Origin: Octopus sinensis
Taxonomy: Eukaryota
Direction of reading: 5' to 3'
DNA: 64,000 nucleotides
Assembly (NCBI RefSeq): GCF_006345805.1
Contig: NC_042997.1
Location: 212,598,001 to 212,662,000, forward strand
The notes under the pieces: model-generated
Told to the model about the DNA's origin: nothing
Seen by the model: the letters and a program-made list of their open reading frames with translations, nothing else
Database searches by the model: none
Shown: positions 12,114-26,426 of the stretch, piece after piece
Position numbering within the stretch: position 1 is the first letter of the stretch
Layout of the letters: every line of letters begins with the position of its first letter
Position numbers and translations under genes: made by a program

Positions 12114-13385
12114 TTGGGTTGGCAACTAAGTTCCTGCCATTTTTTTAGAATTTAAATTTTTTAAAAAAGGTTTTAATAAAAAATAACAAATTAATCAATA
12201 ATGTACTCACCGTTGTTGTTTACAACTTCTTCCCAATGTTCAACAAGATTTTCAATACCTCCTTGGTAGAAATCATCCGATTCCGACCCTAGAAATTGAT
12301 CCAACCAAGTTCTCAATTCTTCATCGGTATTGAACGAAACTCCGAGCATAGCATTTGAAAGAGATCGAAAGAGGTGGAAATATGTTGGTGCCGAATCAGG
12401 AGAGTACAGCACTTCCCAGCCATGCATTTGAATGAGCTTCCTTGGTCATGTTGGCGATATGAGGGCAGGCGTTGTCGTGCAGCAGAAGAACTCCATGCTG
12501 CCGATTAAGTCTTCTCTCTTGAGTAGCCATGTTGAGTCCTCCCATCTGTTGAACATAGAATTCCGCGTTAACCATTTGGTTCCGTTCAAGCAATTCGCAA
12601 TGGATAATCCCTTCCCAGTCCCACCATACGCACAACATCATTTTACGCGGATAAAGATCTTGTTTCACGCATGGTGCCGCTTGTTTACCAGAGCTAAGCC
12701 ATTCCTTTCCGCTGCTTCGTATTGGTGTACAGGCACCATTTTTCGTCGTCAGAAACGATTCGGTAAAGAAATCGTTGCTTGTGTCCATGAGTTGAATGGT
12801 GACGAGCAAGCAAACCAGCGGAGATTGTGGCTCATTGATTTTTGTTGTTGTCACTCAAAGCATGCAGAACCCATGCTCCATACTTCTGAACCTTTCCCGT
12901 CGAGTGAAGATGCTTCTCTATAGCAGTGTGGCAGCATTCCATTTTCTCTGCCAGTTCCCCTGTTGTTTGACGAGAATTTTCGTGCAAAAGTTGGTTTAAT
13001 CGTTCTTCATCAAACTCAACTGGACGGCCAGAACGAGGTGTGTCTTTGAGGTCAAAATTTCCATTTTTGAACTTGGCATACCAACCACGAGCAGTTCTTT
13101 CAGCCATGGCACCCTCTCCATACACAGTACAAATGTTGTGAGCAGCTTTTGCTTCCTTAGAACCTTGACTAATAGCAAAAAGAAGGAGGTGTCGAAAATG
13201 CTCGTTCTTCTTTACTTGACATTCCATTTTAATAATCTGAAAATAAACTAAAATTAACTAGAAAAAAAAAAGATTCCAAAATGATTCAAAAATAGAATTC
13301 TCAAAAAAAAAAAAATTCCAAAATTTAAAAACGCAATAAATTCCAAAATTTTAAAAAACGGCGGCGACTTAGTTGCCAACCCAAA
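12114..13385 (-). mobile_element. mariner transposon, full length (about 1.27 kb), inactive
   Basis: TIRs ttgggttggcaactaagt at 12114 and its reverse complement at about 13367-13384, flanked by TA. Transposase split over three frames with RSGRP, WVLHAL (WVPHEL), HDNACPH and YSPDSAPTYFHLF; the third catalytic D is mutated to Y. Confidence 0.95.
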
Positions 13386-13986
13386 TATTTTATGGTGTGG
13401 CTTCCGTTATTATAGACCAATCTAGACTGAATTCTTTATTGTTCATTTTTAATTTATTGATGTGGGTGGCTAGTGTGGTTAAATTTTTAATTTCGTGGTT
13501 AGTAAATGAGTTTGTATGCGCCCTAGATCCAATTTTAAAATCAGTTGTACATCTTTTTATGTTCATTAAGGGTTGAGACTTCAGCTTTATTTACATTTCT
13601 CCTTAAATAGAAACCTTTTTGGGGGACAAAGCTTCCCATTACGACAACTACGTGTTTTATTCATTTCATTTCCTGTTTTAGCCATTCTGTTTTTAATATC
13701 AAGGTTCTTATTATTGTTCTTCATATTAAGGTCTGCTAAATTATCATCTCTATTAATGCTGTTATTTCTAAGTTTAAGTCTATTGTTGGCCACGATTATG
13801 GATCCTGGATTGAGTGTGTTTGAGTATAAAGTGATATTTATGACCCAGTGGGAAGTTCCTATCGATAATGCTAAAAAATAACTTAAGGAGGTTTCTGAGC
13901 TGGAGGGAAAATGGGTGTGTGAACCATATAATTTCCCCGTCTCCTCCCTGAGTTGTTTATATTCCGCTCAGTATAGTTATCGTTAT

Positions 13987-14299
13987 CACCGTGATCACCG
14001 TGACCGACCAGGCTATCAGATGTTGCTACACATCGCTGGTTACAATGCGTTTCGCATTGTTTTAACCTTTAAATGACGCCACTCCCATTGGCTAAGTGAG
14101 CAGGCCAACAGAAGAAAGAGTGAGAGAAAGTTGCGGCGAAAGAGTACAGCAGGGATTGCCACCACCCCCTGCCGGAGCCTCGTGTGGCTTTAGGTGTTTT
14201 ATGCTCAATAAACACTCATAATGCCTAGTCTAGGAATCGAAACCGTGATCCTATGACCGCGAGTCCGCTGCCCTAACCACTGGGCCATTGCACCTCCAC
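13987..14299 (-). mobile_element. tRNA-derived SINE, family B head with tail type 2
   Basis: Head tggaggtgcaatggcccagtggttagggcagcggactcgcgg with B box ggtttcgattcc; TSD agttatcgttat at 13975-13986 and 14300-14311. Confidence 0.9.
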
Positions 14300-14717
14300 A
14301 GTTATCGTTATAATTGAATAAATTAAAATGTCTTCTATAATGTTTGATGGTTTCCATATTCGACGGGGTTGTTCATGGGAGGAGTGTCGATGTTTGAATT
14401 CGCAATATTTGGAAACCGTTTGCCTAGTTTGTTTTTAAATATTGTGTTTTTCTATCAAATCCACTGTTTTTTAGTGCTGTGTTATAGAGAGGTGCAAAAT
14501 CATCAAAGATCTTTTAATTTGCGGATAAATTAGATATTCTTATCGACACACTTTTGATTATCCCCTTAATGACACTTTGGGGGATGATTTGATAAGGCGC
14601 GGATATACTTCATAGTTTTGTTAGGCTTAGGGTAAGCATTGGATAAGCCCTTATCTAGATTTGATGTTACATCCAATATGTTGACACATTTAGTGACATT
14701 TTTTAATATAATATCCA

Positions 14718-15362
14718 AATTTATTTTGATTTTATTTTATTTTAAAATGTTTCAGCTGCAAAACTGCGGTCATGCTGGAGCACCACTATTGACTGAGCTA
14801 CACTATTATTTGGAACTTCCTCTAATTTGTGGCATTTGGTCAATGAGGGAATTTGATGCTACTGCCCTCATCTGTGTTTCCTGCTGTGAGGTAGGCTCGT
14901 CTGGAACCCATAACAGGAAGAGATCCAGTTTTGTTTTAAAGACACTTACATCCTTCCCATGCAGGTTTCTTAGACATTTTGGAAGGATATTAAAGAGCTG
15001 TGGGCCCTTGAAGCCCAAGCTGTTGCAGTATCTGGTCCTGTATTTTGATGGCGATGCTGGGATCTTTGGCACGATGCAGTGGTGCCCCATTCTGCAGTTT
15101 AAATAACTTTCAATGCTAAAGTTTGGTACAAGGCCTTCTAAGATTTTCCAAATGTATATCACTGTGTATCTCTCCCGCCTTCGTTCCAAGGAGAAGAGTT
15201 TTAATTCTTTTAGTCTTTCCCAGTAGCTGACATGTTGCATTGAGACGATTTTCTTAGTGTAGCTTCGTTAGATTGCTTTGAGTTCCACCATGGATTTATT
15301 ATTGTGTGGTGACCATAGTTGGGAACAATAGTCTAAGTGCCTGAGAATGTATGTCCATAGCT
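14718..15362 (-). mobile_element. CR1/L2-group LINE, 3' fragment
   Basis: Translation LDYCSQLWSP...YWERLKELKLFSLERRRER...GPQLFNILP..LR...FKTKLDLFL..VPDEP, followed by a short 3' UTR and an (aaaat)-type tail. Confidence 0.85.
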
Positions 15363-16125
15363 TACGCTGGGTACATTTTATGGAGTTTCTACCTACACCT
15401 TTTCTACAGATCGAGCAGGGCCACCTACCTGAGGGGTGTGTAATGAGTTCACCTTCTTACTTACTAGAACTTTGGTCTTTGATACATTGACTCTAAGGCC
15501 TTTTGATTCTAAACCTAGCTTCCACATCCGAAATTTCTTTTATAGTTCCGGTAATGATTCTGCAATGAGGGCCAGGTCATCAGCATCGAGGAACTCCCAG
15601 GGCAACCCGTCTTGAATTCCTCTGTTATTGCCTGGAGGACTATGATGAATAAAAGGGGACTGAGGGCTTAACCTTAGTGGATCCCTTCTACCAAGAATTC
15701 TTCACTATTGGAGCACTCCGTCGGTTACGACGATGAGGGTTCCGGCTGATCCGAATCAACGGAACCGCCTGCTCGTGAAATTAACGTGTAAGTGGCTGAG
15801 CACTCCACAGACACGTGTACCCTTAACGTAGTTCTCGGGGATATTCAGCGTGACACAGAGAGTGACAAGGCCAGCCCTTTGAAATAAAGGTACAACAGAA
15901 ACAGGAAGTAAGAGTGAGAGAAAGTTGTGGTGAAAGAGTACAGCAGGGATCACCACCATCCCCTGCCAGAGCCTCGTGGCGCTTTAGGTGTTTTCGCTCA
16001 ATAAATACTCACAACGCCCGATCTGGGAATCGAAACCGCGATCCTACGACCGCGAGTCCGCTGCCCTAACCACTGGGCCATTGTGCCTCCACACTTCACT
16101 ATACTCATTGCCAATCCTAACCTTA
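15355..16125 (-). mobile_element. RTE LINE internal RT fragment split by a SINE
   Basis: Collinear with 5445-5830 of the long RTE copy, including the ADDL motif region at about 15575-15600. Confidence 0.8.
15709..16093 (-). mobile_element. SINE family B, tail type 1
   Basis: Full head and tail; TSD cttcactat at 15700-15708 and 16094-16102. Confidence 0.92.
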
Positions 16126-16264
16126 CTATATATATATACGGTTCGTTTTTTTCGAGAAGAACCGAAACATGTAAAATTTCTAAGAAAATTAAAATTTATC
16201 TTATATAGTGGCAAATTCAAACTTCTTTTTTATAAATATATACATATATATATATATATATATG

Positions 16265-17504
16265 CAGACATGCAGGAAGTAAATAGACACCTTTAATTTT
16301 CAAAATTTCTGATCTAAGTGTCTTAATATGTTTTCAACGGAGTAGAATTTACAATGTAAATTATTCTTTTTCATCCCAGGTGCCATTATATTAAACATTT
16401 GCAAAGAGTAATCATGCCACACACAAAATATTCAGCAGAACTGTCAGATTTTCAAAGAGGTCGTATTGTTGGGCAATCTGAGGCTGGTCATAGCCAGTGA
16501 AAAATTGCCGAAAATCTTCAAATTCCTCTTGCTACTGTAAATAGAATTATAGTGCAATTCAAATGCCAAGGAAAAGAATCAACAGATTCTCGGCCTAGTG
16601 AACCTGGGCCCTCAGAAAGGAAGCTTTGCTGTTTGAAAAGAATTGTGGAAAATGAACCCTGTTCTAAGGCTTCTGACATTGCAAAACAGCTAGAAGATAG
16701 TTCAAGAACATGTGTTACAGATCTACTTAAGCTTAGGTATTATGGACTAGCAGCTAGAAGAAAACCTCTCCTTCAATCAATTAATATCATGAAAAGAAAG
16801 AAATGGGCTAAGGAGAAGTCAGAAAAATCCAGTTCATTTTGGGATAGAGTGATTTTCTCAGATGAACCCAGATTTGCATTATTTTCAGACAGTGGACATG
16901 TTTGGGTCTGGAGGCTTCCCAATCAAGAAGTTGATTTGAAACGACTCCAACCAACTGTGAAACATGGTGGTATCTCTGTAATGGTATGGGAAGCTGTCAC
17001 CAGCAATGGTCGTTCTGAGCTGATCGAATGTGTTGGAACCATAAACTCTGAAAAATACATCGAAATACTTAAGCAAGGACTACTTCTGATGTATTCACAC
17101 AATAACATAACAAAAAATAAGTTTTTATTCATGGAAGATAGGGCTCCATGTCACACAGCAAAAAGGAATCAACAATAGCTGACTGAAAATGGGATCAAAA
17201 AGCTTCCTTGGCTGAGCCAATCTCCTGACATGAACCCAATTGAAAATCTTTGGAGCATATTAGATAGAGCTATATGAAAAACTCGACAGAAACCTAAATC
17301 TAAAGATGAATTGTTTCGATTGTTGCGTGAAAAGTGGGCAGGAGTGGCTGTGTTAAAGTAGCTTGCTAACCAACCACACGGTTCCGGGTTCAGTCCCACT
17401 GCGTGGCATCTTGGGCAAGTGTCTTCTGCTGTAGCCTCGGGCCGACCAATGCCTTGTGAGTGGATTTGGTAGACAGAAACTGAAAGAAGCCTGTCATATA
17501 TATG

Positions 17505-17539
<35 letters not shown>

Positions 17540-17959
17540 GTATGTGTGTGTGTTTGTGTGTCTGTGTTTGTCTCCCTAGCATTGCTTGACAACCGATGCT
17601 GGTGTGTTTACGTCCCCGTCACTTAGTGGTTCGGCAAAAGAGACCGATAGAATAAGTACTGGGCTTACAAAGAATAAGTCCCGGGGTCGATTTGCTCGAC
17701 TAAAGGTGGTGCTCCAGCATGGCTGCAGTCAAATGACTGAAACAAGTAAAAAGAGTAAAGAGATATTCCACAAGAGACAATCACAAAGCTCATCAGTTCA
17801 ATGCCAAAAAGAGTTTCTGAACTAAAAACTGCAAAGGGAATATCAACTAAATACCAAAGTATGGAGTCCTACCTATCGATTACATTTCAATTGTTTACTT
17901 TGTGTATTAAATAAAAGATTTTTAAAATTAAATGTGTCTATTTATTTCTTGCATGTCTG
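16265..17959 (+). mobile_element. Tc1-family (DD34E) transposon, full length, inactive
   Basis: Imperfect TIRs of about 41 bp, cagacatgcaggaagtaaatagacac at 16265 and its reverse complement ending 17959. Transposase from ATG 16414 (ELSDFQRGRIVG...VIFSDEPRF...FMEDRAPCH...SPDMNPIENLW...STKY) with exactly 34 residues between D and E. Stops at 16498 and 17176 and a SINE insertion. Confidence 0.95.
17341..17761 (+). mobile_element. SINE family A (tRNA head, CORE-like segment, central microsatellite) inserted in the Tc1 transposase
   Basis: A box tggctgtgt..., B box gggttcagtccc, CORE-like ggcatcttgggcaagtgtc, tail ...gactgaaacaagtaaaagag. Removing it restores LREKW-DIPQETITKLISSMPKR. Confidence 0.92.
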
Positions 17960-18032
17960 TGTGCATATATATATATACATACATATATACATACACCTCT
18001 ACACCATCAGCATCATCATTATCATCATTCAT

Positions 18033-18419
18033 GGAAGCACTCTGTCGGTTACGACGACGAGGGTCCCGGTTGATCTGAATCAACGGAACAGCCTGCTCGT
18101 GAAATTAACGTGTAAGTGGCTGAGCACTCCACAGACACGTGTACCCTTAACGTAGTTCTCGGGGATATTCAGCGTGACACAGAGAGTGACAAGGCCAGCC
18201 CTTTGAAATACAGGTACAACAGAAACAGGAAGTAAGAGTGAGAGAAAGTTGTGGTGAAAGAGTACAGCAGGGATCACCACCAACCCCTGATGGAGCCTCG
18301 TGGAGCTTTTTTAGGTGTTTTCGTTCAATAAACACTCACAATGCCCGGTCTAGGAATTGAAACCGCGATCCTACGACCACGAGTCCGCTGCCCTAACCAC
18401 TGGGCCATTGCGCCTCCAC
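18033..18419 (-). mobile_element. SINE family B, tail type 1
   Basis: TSD atcatcattcat at 18021-18032 and 18420-18431. Confidence 0.92.
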
Positions 18420-18539
18420 ATCATCATTCATATATCCCCATTGAATCATTCCCACAATAAATCCTCTAACTATCCCCTCCCCCTACCTGTTCCCACTCAT
18501 TACATCCTGCCTCCCTTCCATCTCCCCCTCTTGGCAATC

Positions 18540-18652
18540 TTCTGACTTGCCAGCTCTTATCAAAACTCTCCAACCCATGCCAGCATGGAAAACAAATGTT
18601 AAACGATGTTGATGATGGTGATGGAGGTGGTGATGCTGCTGATGATGATGAG
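18540..18652 (+). mobile_element. RTE LINE extreme 3' end
   Basis: ccaacccatgccagcatggaaaacaaatgttaaacgatg followed by a GAT-like tail. Confidence 0.7.
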
Positions 18653-20199
18653 TCTCTCTCTTGTAACTCTTCACCTCAAAAGGTATTTAAAAAGTGTTGT
18701 GGTGTTTTCCAGACATTAACGATATATTTTGCTGACACAGGCTTTGAATAAATGCTCTCTCTCTCTCTTATTAGCAGAGACGTCAGCACATTATACAAAT
18801 GTTTGTCTTTAGGCTGTTTCGGTTTTATGTGGCAGGGTTTCACATTTTAGTTATTGCACACCGACTCCTCATATCAAACCATAAAATTCTATGATAAAAG
18901 TGAATAAAGCAGTGAATGTGTATTTTAAATGGCTATAAAAACACAATGTAATGTAATTGTTACCACAATTTCTTTTACATAGAAACTGGCTTTTTTTTTT
19001 TCTTTGGCAATGAATTTAATATCAAGAAAGAAAACAATATCTTAGTCAAGATTTCCAAATTCTTGATGTAGTGTGACAGTTGAATAAATGTAACAATACT
19101 TTACACCAAAGCGAAATATAGTTTCCATTAATGACAAAGGTTTGTGAGACAAACTGGGAAGTGGAATTGTATAAAAGTCGAAAGAAATCATTTGCCCGAA
19201 TCAGATAAAAAGAAAATGCTTCTGTTACAGACAAAGAAGGTTTTTATGCCATTTCAGATCTACATTCATTATTTACTATATATAAAAAAAAAAAGATGAA
19301 CTAAAAGTTCACATTTGCAGAAATATATTTTTTTCTTTTATCCAAATAAAGAAGCAGAATTGTTAAAGTGTTGAATAAAGATACCTTGGAATATTTGTCC
19401 AGAGTTCAAATCACTCCAACGTTTACTTTTCATTTTGTCCTTTCAGAGTTGGTTAATTAATTACTAGGAAGTGGATTAGTAGAATTGTTAATAATTTAGT
19501 GGAATGTAGGTTGAGATTCTTTGTGGTATCTGTTCTGACTTTTTGGGGGTTTGAGATCAAGTTCTGTCTCCTGTCATCATCTTTCTCATGGAAAACGGTT
19601 CCTTTAGGTTACAACTAACAGTGATAGGTCTCTGGTGTTGATGGAACGATATTTCGGTCACAACAACAATTTCACGTTAGCAGGATAAATGCTAGGATAG
19701 AAACAAAATCTTTGTTGGTATTAATTACTTAGGCATATCTATTCTTGTTTAGCATAAAAAAGTTTAGTTTGCTTTTAGTAAAAAAAGAAAAAAATGCAAC
19801 AGTGACAAATGAATCATTTCTGTGCACTTTGTAAATGGAATAAATGGTAGAGTTATTGGCACCAATCTCACAAAGCCACAGCAGCAGCAAAGCTGCCATT
19901 CTTATGTGTTTTCTTGATCATCTCCATGCTTTTCCCTAACTCATCCATGTTCTATATCAGTATGAGGTACGTTCATATTCTTTTCTTTTGATGGTTATGA
20001 GTTCACAACTCATAAAAAGGGAGGCAGCCTTGCAAGATGGTCATGAAGAGACAAGCGATAACCAGGGCATTGTGAGTGACTGAGCATTGAGGATGGTTAC
20101 TGGGGATGCATTTTGACAGTAGAAGCAGAATCTTCAATGCCAAAAGGTTGCTGACACATGTTATCACAGATCAATCTGGGATAAGAATAACATGGTTAT

Positions 20200-20667
20200 T
20201 CAGTGATAATCAATGATATATTTAATAGTTATTATTGATGCGATTGGCAGAGGTCTTCTGTAGACAAGGAGGGAATGGATGGCGGCCACTGCGAGGCGGC
20301 GGGCAGCTTTGGCGGTCGTCTCCAGCTGCATTGCGGCCGAAGCCAGAGACATACACCTGCCGGCTCGTACCCCTTAATATAGTCTGAACCCCCTTGGGGT
20401 ACGACAGTCACCTAGAAGCATGACTATTCTGCATGGCCCAACCCGTAAATTTACCGTAAATTTACAAGGTATTGACCCTGTGGATCACACAGCAGCCTCC
20501 CACAGAGCTACGGGCAGCTTTGGTGGTCATCTCCAGTTGCATTGCGGCCAAAGCTGGAGACATACACCTGCCAGCTCATACCCCTTCATAATTGAGTGTG
20601 TCGTGCTATCCCAGACAGGTGATAAATCAGTGATAATCAATATTTAATAGTTATTATTGATGCAATT
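20200..20667. repeat. unit bounded by 41-46 bp direct repeats and containing two copies of a 76-bp GC-rich module
   Basis: Direct repeats at 20200-20245 and 20627-20667; modules at 20300-20375 and 20511-20586. Confidence 0.85.
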
Positions 20668-22313
20668 ACTATTAATTCTGCGTTGTTAATTACTCCCAAT
20701 AGACAGATAACTAGGGTGCTGCCACAGTTCTTTCTATGGTGCTAATTGCAATAACTACCCAGAGCAGCATTGTACTTCATTTGAAGATCTTTGGTTGCAA
20801 GGAAATCTGAGATATAACCTCAACCAAGAAATAAAATTCTTAGAACTCTGGCACCGTTATAACAATAAAATAAACAACAATTAAATAAAAAATATTTCTT
20901 ATGACTATTCTTTCAGAAATTTATAAATTAACTCTTATTCAAGAAAATAATTAATAGTGAAAGAAATAGTACCAATACCAAAAAGTAATGTGGACATTGT
21001 AACTTAAAATATACTTTGAGCTATTTGTGATTTAAATGACAAGCTTCTTGGAAGGGAACAGATTCGGTTGATTAAAATTGAGGAAAAAAAAAAAAATCTT
21101 CCTTTTAAAAGCAGGAAAGTCAATGAAGTAATTATAAAAACGAAGACAGAATGTCTGGAAGGTATAAACGAAAACATTGAGTAAAATTTAAATCTGATTT
21201 TGACAAATGGAGATTATGAAGTACATTGGAATGCAGAATATAATGATGCCTAAATGTCACTAATTTCTAATGTAGGGAAAACAACTTGATTATCAAAAAA
21301 TAATTTTTTATCTTTATATCAATTATAAACAAGAAGCTAATCAATTTCTTAATTGAATAAATCGAGAACATCTGATGAAGTGCATCTTATAATATGAAAA
21401 TAAGATCTTATGGTAAACGGACTTTCCTTTTGTAATTAAGAGTAAAGTTCTTTTTTTTCCCCCCCTTTTCTGAAATTTGAAATTTCATTTATACTTACAG
21501 GGGAAGGAGGTTGTTTGTCTAAAGACTTTTTTTCCCCTCTACGTTAAACAGAAATCCATATTCTTTGCTTCCATCTGATCGATACCCACTGGGAGCATGG
21601 TTCACAAGAAATCACTAAAGTAGGGTGAAGAGAATTTGGTCTTCGTTTATTATGGAAACATAATTATTTGCTCTCGCTAGCATTAATCATTCAAGCATGA
21701 AAATGAGAAGTGTTTGCAGCTAGGTTGAGAGACACAAATAGAATCATAGGTTTTTACCTGAGGGAACAACTAACTGTATCCACTGATGTTATGCTTCATA
21801 TCAAATAATAAACCATTTATTTCATCATATCAAGGTAATAATAAATAATACAAACATCAAATGTCTGGATATTACACAACAATATTTACCTTCAGCTGTG
21901 TTCTCCAAGCAATAATTAAATATCCTGAATTAATTCTACAAACATATGTGCTTGTGGCCTTCATCTATTTTCCAGTAATATTAGTAATATAAATGAGGTG
22001 AGGTGACAATAATTAGAGATGAAAATCTGGTCACAGCCAAGCTGATGCTTGATTTGCTAGAAATAGCAGCCTAATCTCCATCAAATAACATCCTACAAAT
22101 TATCTAAAGAGAGGACAAACACATTCAGACATGGTGGCTTCGGGTGAGAACCCATTATGACCATGTGTGTTGACACCATTCTCTTGGACCCATCATCTCT
22201 GGTCTGTTGCATGGTTTAGTCCCTTCGCCCTTACCTCCTATCATCTCCAACAACATTTCCTTCAAGCACACAACACCCTTCTTTATTCCTGCCTAACCTT
22301 CAGCACTCACCAG

Positions 22314-22352
<39 letters not shown>

Positions 22353-22640
22353 TTAACGTCTGTTTTCCATGCTGGCATGGGTTGGACAGTTTGACAGGAG
22401 CTGACAAGTTGAAAGGCTGTTCAGGCTTGAATTGTCTGTTTCGGTATGGTTTCTATGGCTGGATGCCCTTCCTAACACCAACCATCTGTTTCCTGTGCTG
22501 GCATGGGTTTGATGGTTCAGCAGCGGGTGGTGAGCCAGAGGACCGCATCCAGCTCCAGTGTCTTCTTTAACCTGGTTTCTATGGCTGGATGCCCTTCCTA
22601 ACCGTAATCCTTTTACAGTTGGCACTGGCAGCTTTTATTG
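22314..22640 (-). mobile_element. RTE LINE 3' end fragments (two overlapping pieces)
   Basis: (cat)n followed by ttaacgtctgttttccatgctggcatggg; the ggctggatgcccttccta motif occurs twice. Confidence 0.75.
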
Positions 22641-23527
22641 TGGCACCAGCACTAGTGGTGTCACCAAATAACTGGCAAAACAAAGGCCTCCCCCTTCAGT
22701 TGCATGGAGAAAGTAGTAATGAGGGGTGGAGGTGAGGAGGAGACAGGGGCAGGTGTTTTGCTGAAGAGGAGACACATGGTCAGCCTTGTTGGAAGAGAGA
22801 AAAGATGGTGGTGGAGATGCATCAGGGCCTACCCTCAATTTACAGAAAGGGGTGGATATAAGAGGAGTAGTGTTGGTGGGTAAGTTTGTGTGAGTATGAG
22901 AGGTGAGTGGTTGATGGGTTGAGCGGGGGCTTTGAGGGGAATGCAGTGAGTGGTGACCACAAGGTCAGATTATATATTGGCTTTTTTGTTATGTCTGTTG
23001 AAGTTGACATTTTCCTCGAAGAACATGAAATAATTTGACAGAAAAATGTGAGAAGCACAAATCCATTTTGTCTGTTGGTTATTTGCTAGGCATATACAAC
23101 CATTTGAAGGAACTGAATCTTGGAAATTGAATTAAACTCCAGATTCAAAGCAAACAGGTTGTGATGTCTTTAAATAGTTAAGGCATTTAAGAGAAAAGGA
23201 CTCACTTTGGATGCAGAAAACTGATAAAGAACAGTTTTCTTCTCATCCCCATGTTTAAGGAAAGAATTAGAGAATATTTGGAAAGAAAGAAAGTTTGAGC
23301 AGTTGTTGGGGTTTCAGAATTTGCTGGAGAAGTGCATTCCAAGAAGAACTATTGATTGAACCTTACAATCATTCTTGCTGAATCCAGAAGCTACCAAAAC
23401 CTTAAAGAGTGGTTGGCTTGAACTACAACTAGTTCAGAAGAGTAGAGGCTGTTGTAGCAGCAGGGCAGAAGAGAGAAAGAGATGATATAGTGCATCTCTG
23501 AGTTGGTGGGTGTTATATTGATGAATT

Positions 23528-23920
23528 GTGGAGGCGCAATGGCCCAGTGGTTAGGGCAGCGGACTCGCAGTCGTAGGATCGCGGTTTCGATTCCCAGACC
23601 GGGCGTTGTGAGTGTTTATTGAGCGAAAACACCTAAAGCTCCACGAGGCTCTGGCAGGGGGTGGTGGCGATCCCTGCTGTACTCTTTCACCACAACTTTC
23701 TCTCACTCTTACTTCCTGTTTCTGTTGTACCTGTATTTCAAAGGGCCAGCCTTGTCACTCTCTGTGTCACGCTGAATATCCCCGAGAACTGCGTTAAGGG
23801 TACACATGTCTGTGGAGTGCTCAGCCACTTACACGTTAATATCACGAGCAGGCTGTTCCGTTGATTCAGATCAACCGGAACCCTCGTCGTCGTAACCAAC
23901 GGAGTGCTTCCATTCCATCC
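23528..23920 (+). mobile_element. SINE family B, tail type 1
   Basis: TSD attgatgaatt at 23517-23527 and 23921-23931. Confidence 0.92.
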
Positions 23921-24638
23921 ATTGATGAATTGGAGAGATTGCTGTAGCAGACTCAGGGTGTATTTGTGTGTCTGTTGTAATATTTTTAGATGGGTAGAGC
24001 ATTGCCAATGGCTTTCTGTGGAGTTGTTGGCAGCAAGAACGTTTGAATGTTGCCACAGAATCAGCAGTGCAATTGTCCCATTCACATAAGCAGCTCTTTA
24101 ATGGGAGTCTTCAGTCCATTTCTTAACCTTCAGCTGTTTACCATTAAATGTGCCAGCCTCACAGAAAACACCATTGTTATTTGAACATAAAACTATAAAT
24201 GACTGATGAAATCTGGAAGAAAAGACTACATCTTGTAATTAATGAGCAAGGAAAAGGTTCATTATCGTTAATTCTTGATTTAAATTTAGATGCTATTAAT
24301 GTGTACAATATCTGAGTTTTAAACAATATTATCAGACAAGAAGCAATTATGAATGACGAAGATGATGTAATGATGGCTGACAACTGCTCGGTCGATAACG
24401 AGAACAGAAAATATTCAACATGAACATGCTTCTCTATTCAATTAATCATGGAGCTAATGATAATGATAATATAATTAATTTTACTGTTAAGTGATTCTTG
24501 AACGTAGAAGATGGCATTGAGAATGACTGAAGCTGTACTCAGGCGTAGATACACGCACGCAGTGAAGCCAATGTCTTATCTCTGAGACGGCAGCGGCATC
24601 GGTGCTGGCATTGTTAGTGTTGGTGTCAGTGTTGTCAG

Positions 24639-26425
<1,787 letters not shown>

Positions 26426-26426
26426 T

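Larger units (their letters stand above)
11540..14715 (-). mobile_element. Penelope-like element remnant (RT thumb, GIY-YIG, 3' pseudo-LTR), interrupted by a mariner and a SINE
   Basis: Minus-strand translations: VNILDVTSNL...KPNKTMKYI..LSNHPP (about 14560-14700); CRNGKLCPP and TTDFKIGSRAHTNSF...TTLATHINKLK...SLDWSIITEATP (13390-13650); after the mariner, KNCRFCRKEAIHKLLANKNSLLNKISD (about 12020-12100). Confidence 0.85.

Noticed and set aside
16140-16172. GGUUC...GAACC-GAAA-CAUG-UA, the 3' half of a hammerhead
   Set aside because: The CUGANGA half is absent, replaced by (TA)n, so it cannot be called.
17341-17420. tRNA genes at SINE heads
   Set aside because: They have A/B boxes but continue into SINE bodies with TSDs and lack a full acceptor stem.
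19850-20085. Protein-like frame interrupted by one TAA (possible stop removal by A-to-I editing)
   Set aside because: It needs double editing, has weak splice sites and no recognised homologue.
20280-20350. Canonical HDV-like ribozyme
   Set aside because: Helix order is similar, but no valid P3/L3, P1.1 or J4/2 catalytic C could be placed on either strand. It is kept only as an unexplained structured module.
24197-24415. 73-codon plus-strand frame with a single in-frame TGA (possible selenocysteine or readthrough)
   Set aside because: No recognisable homology, no SECIS seen and no redox motif, so it is probably chance in AT-rich DNA.
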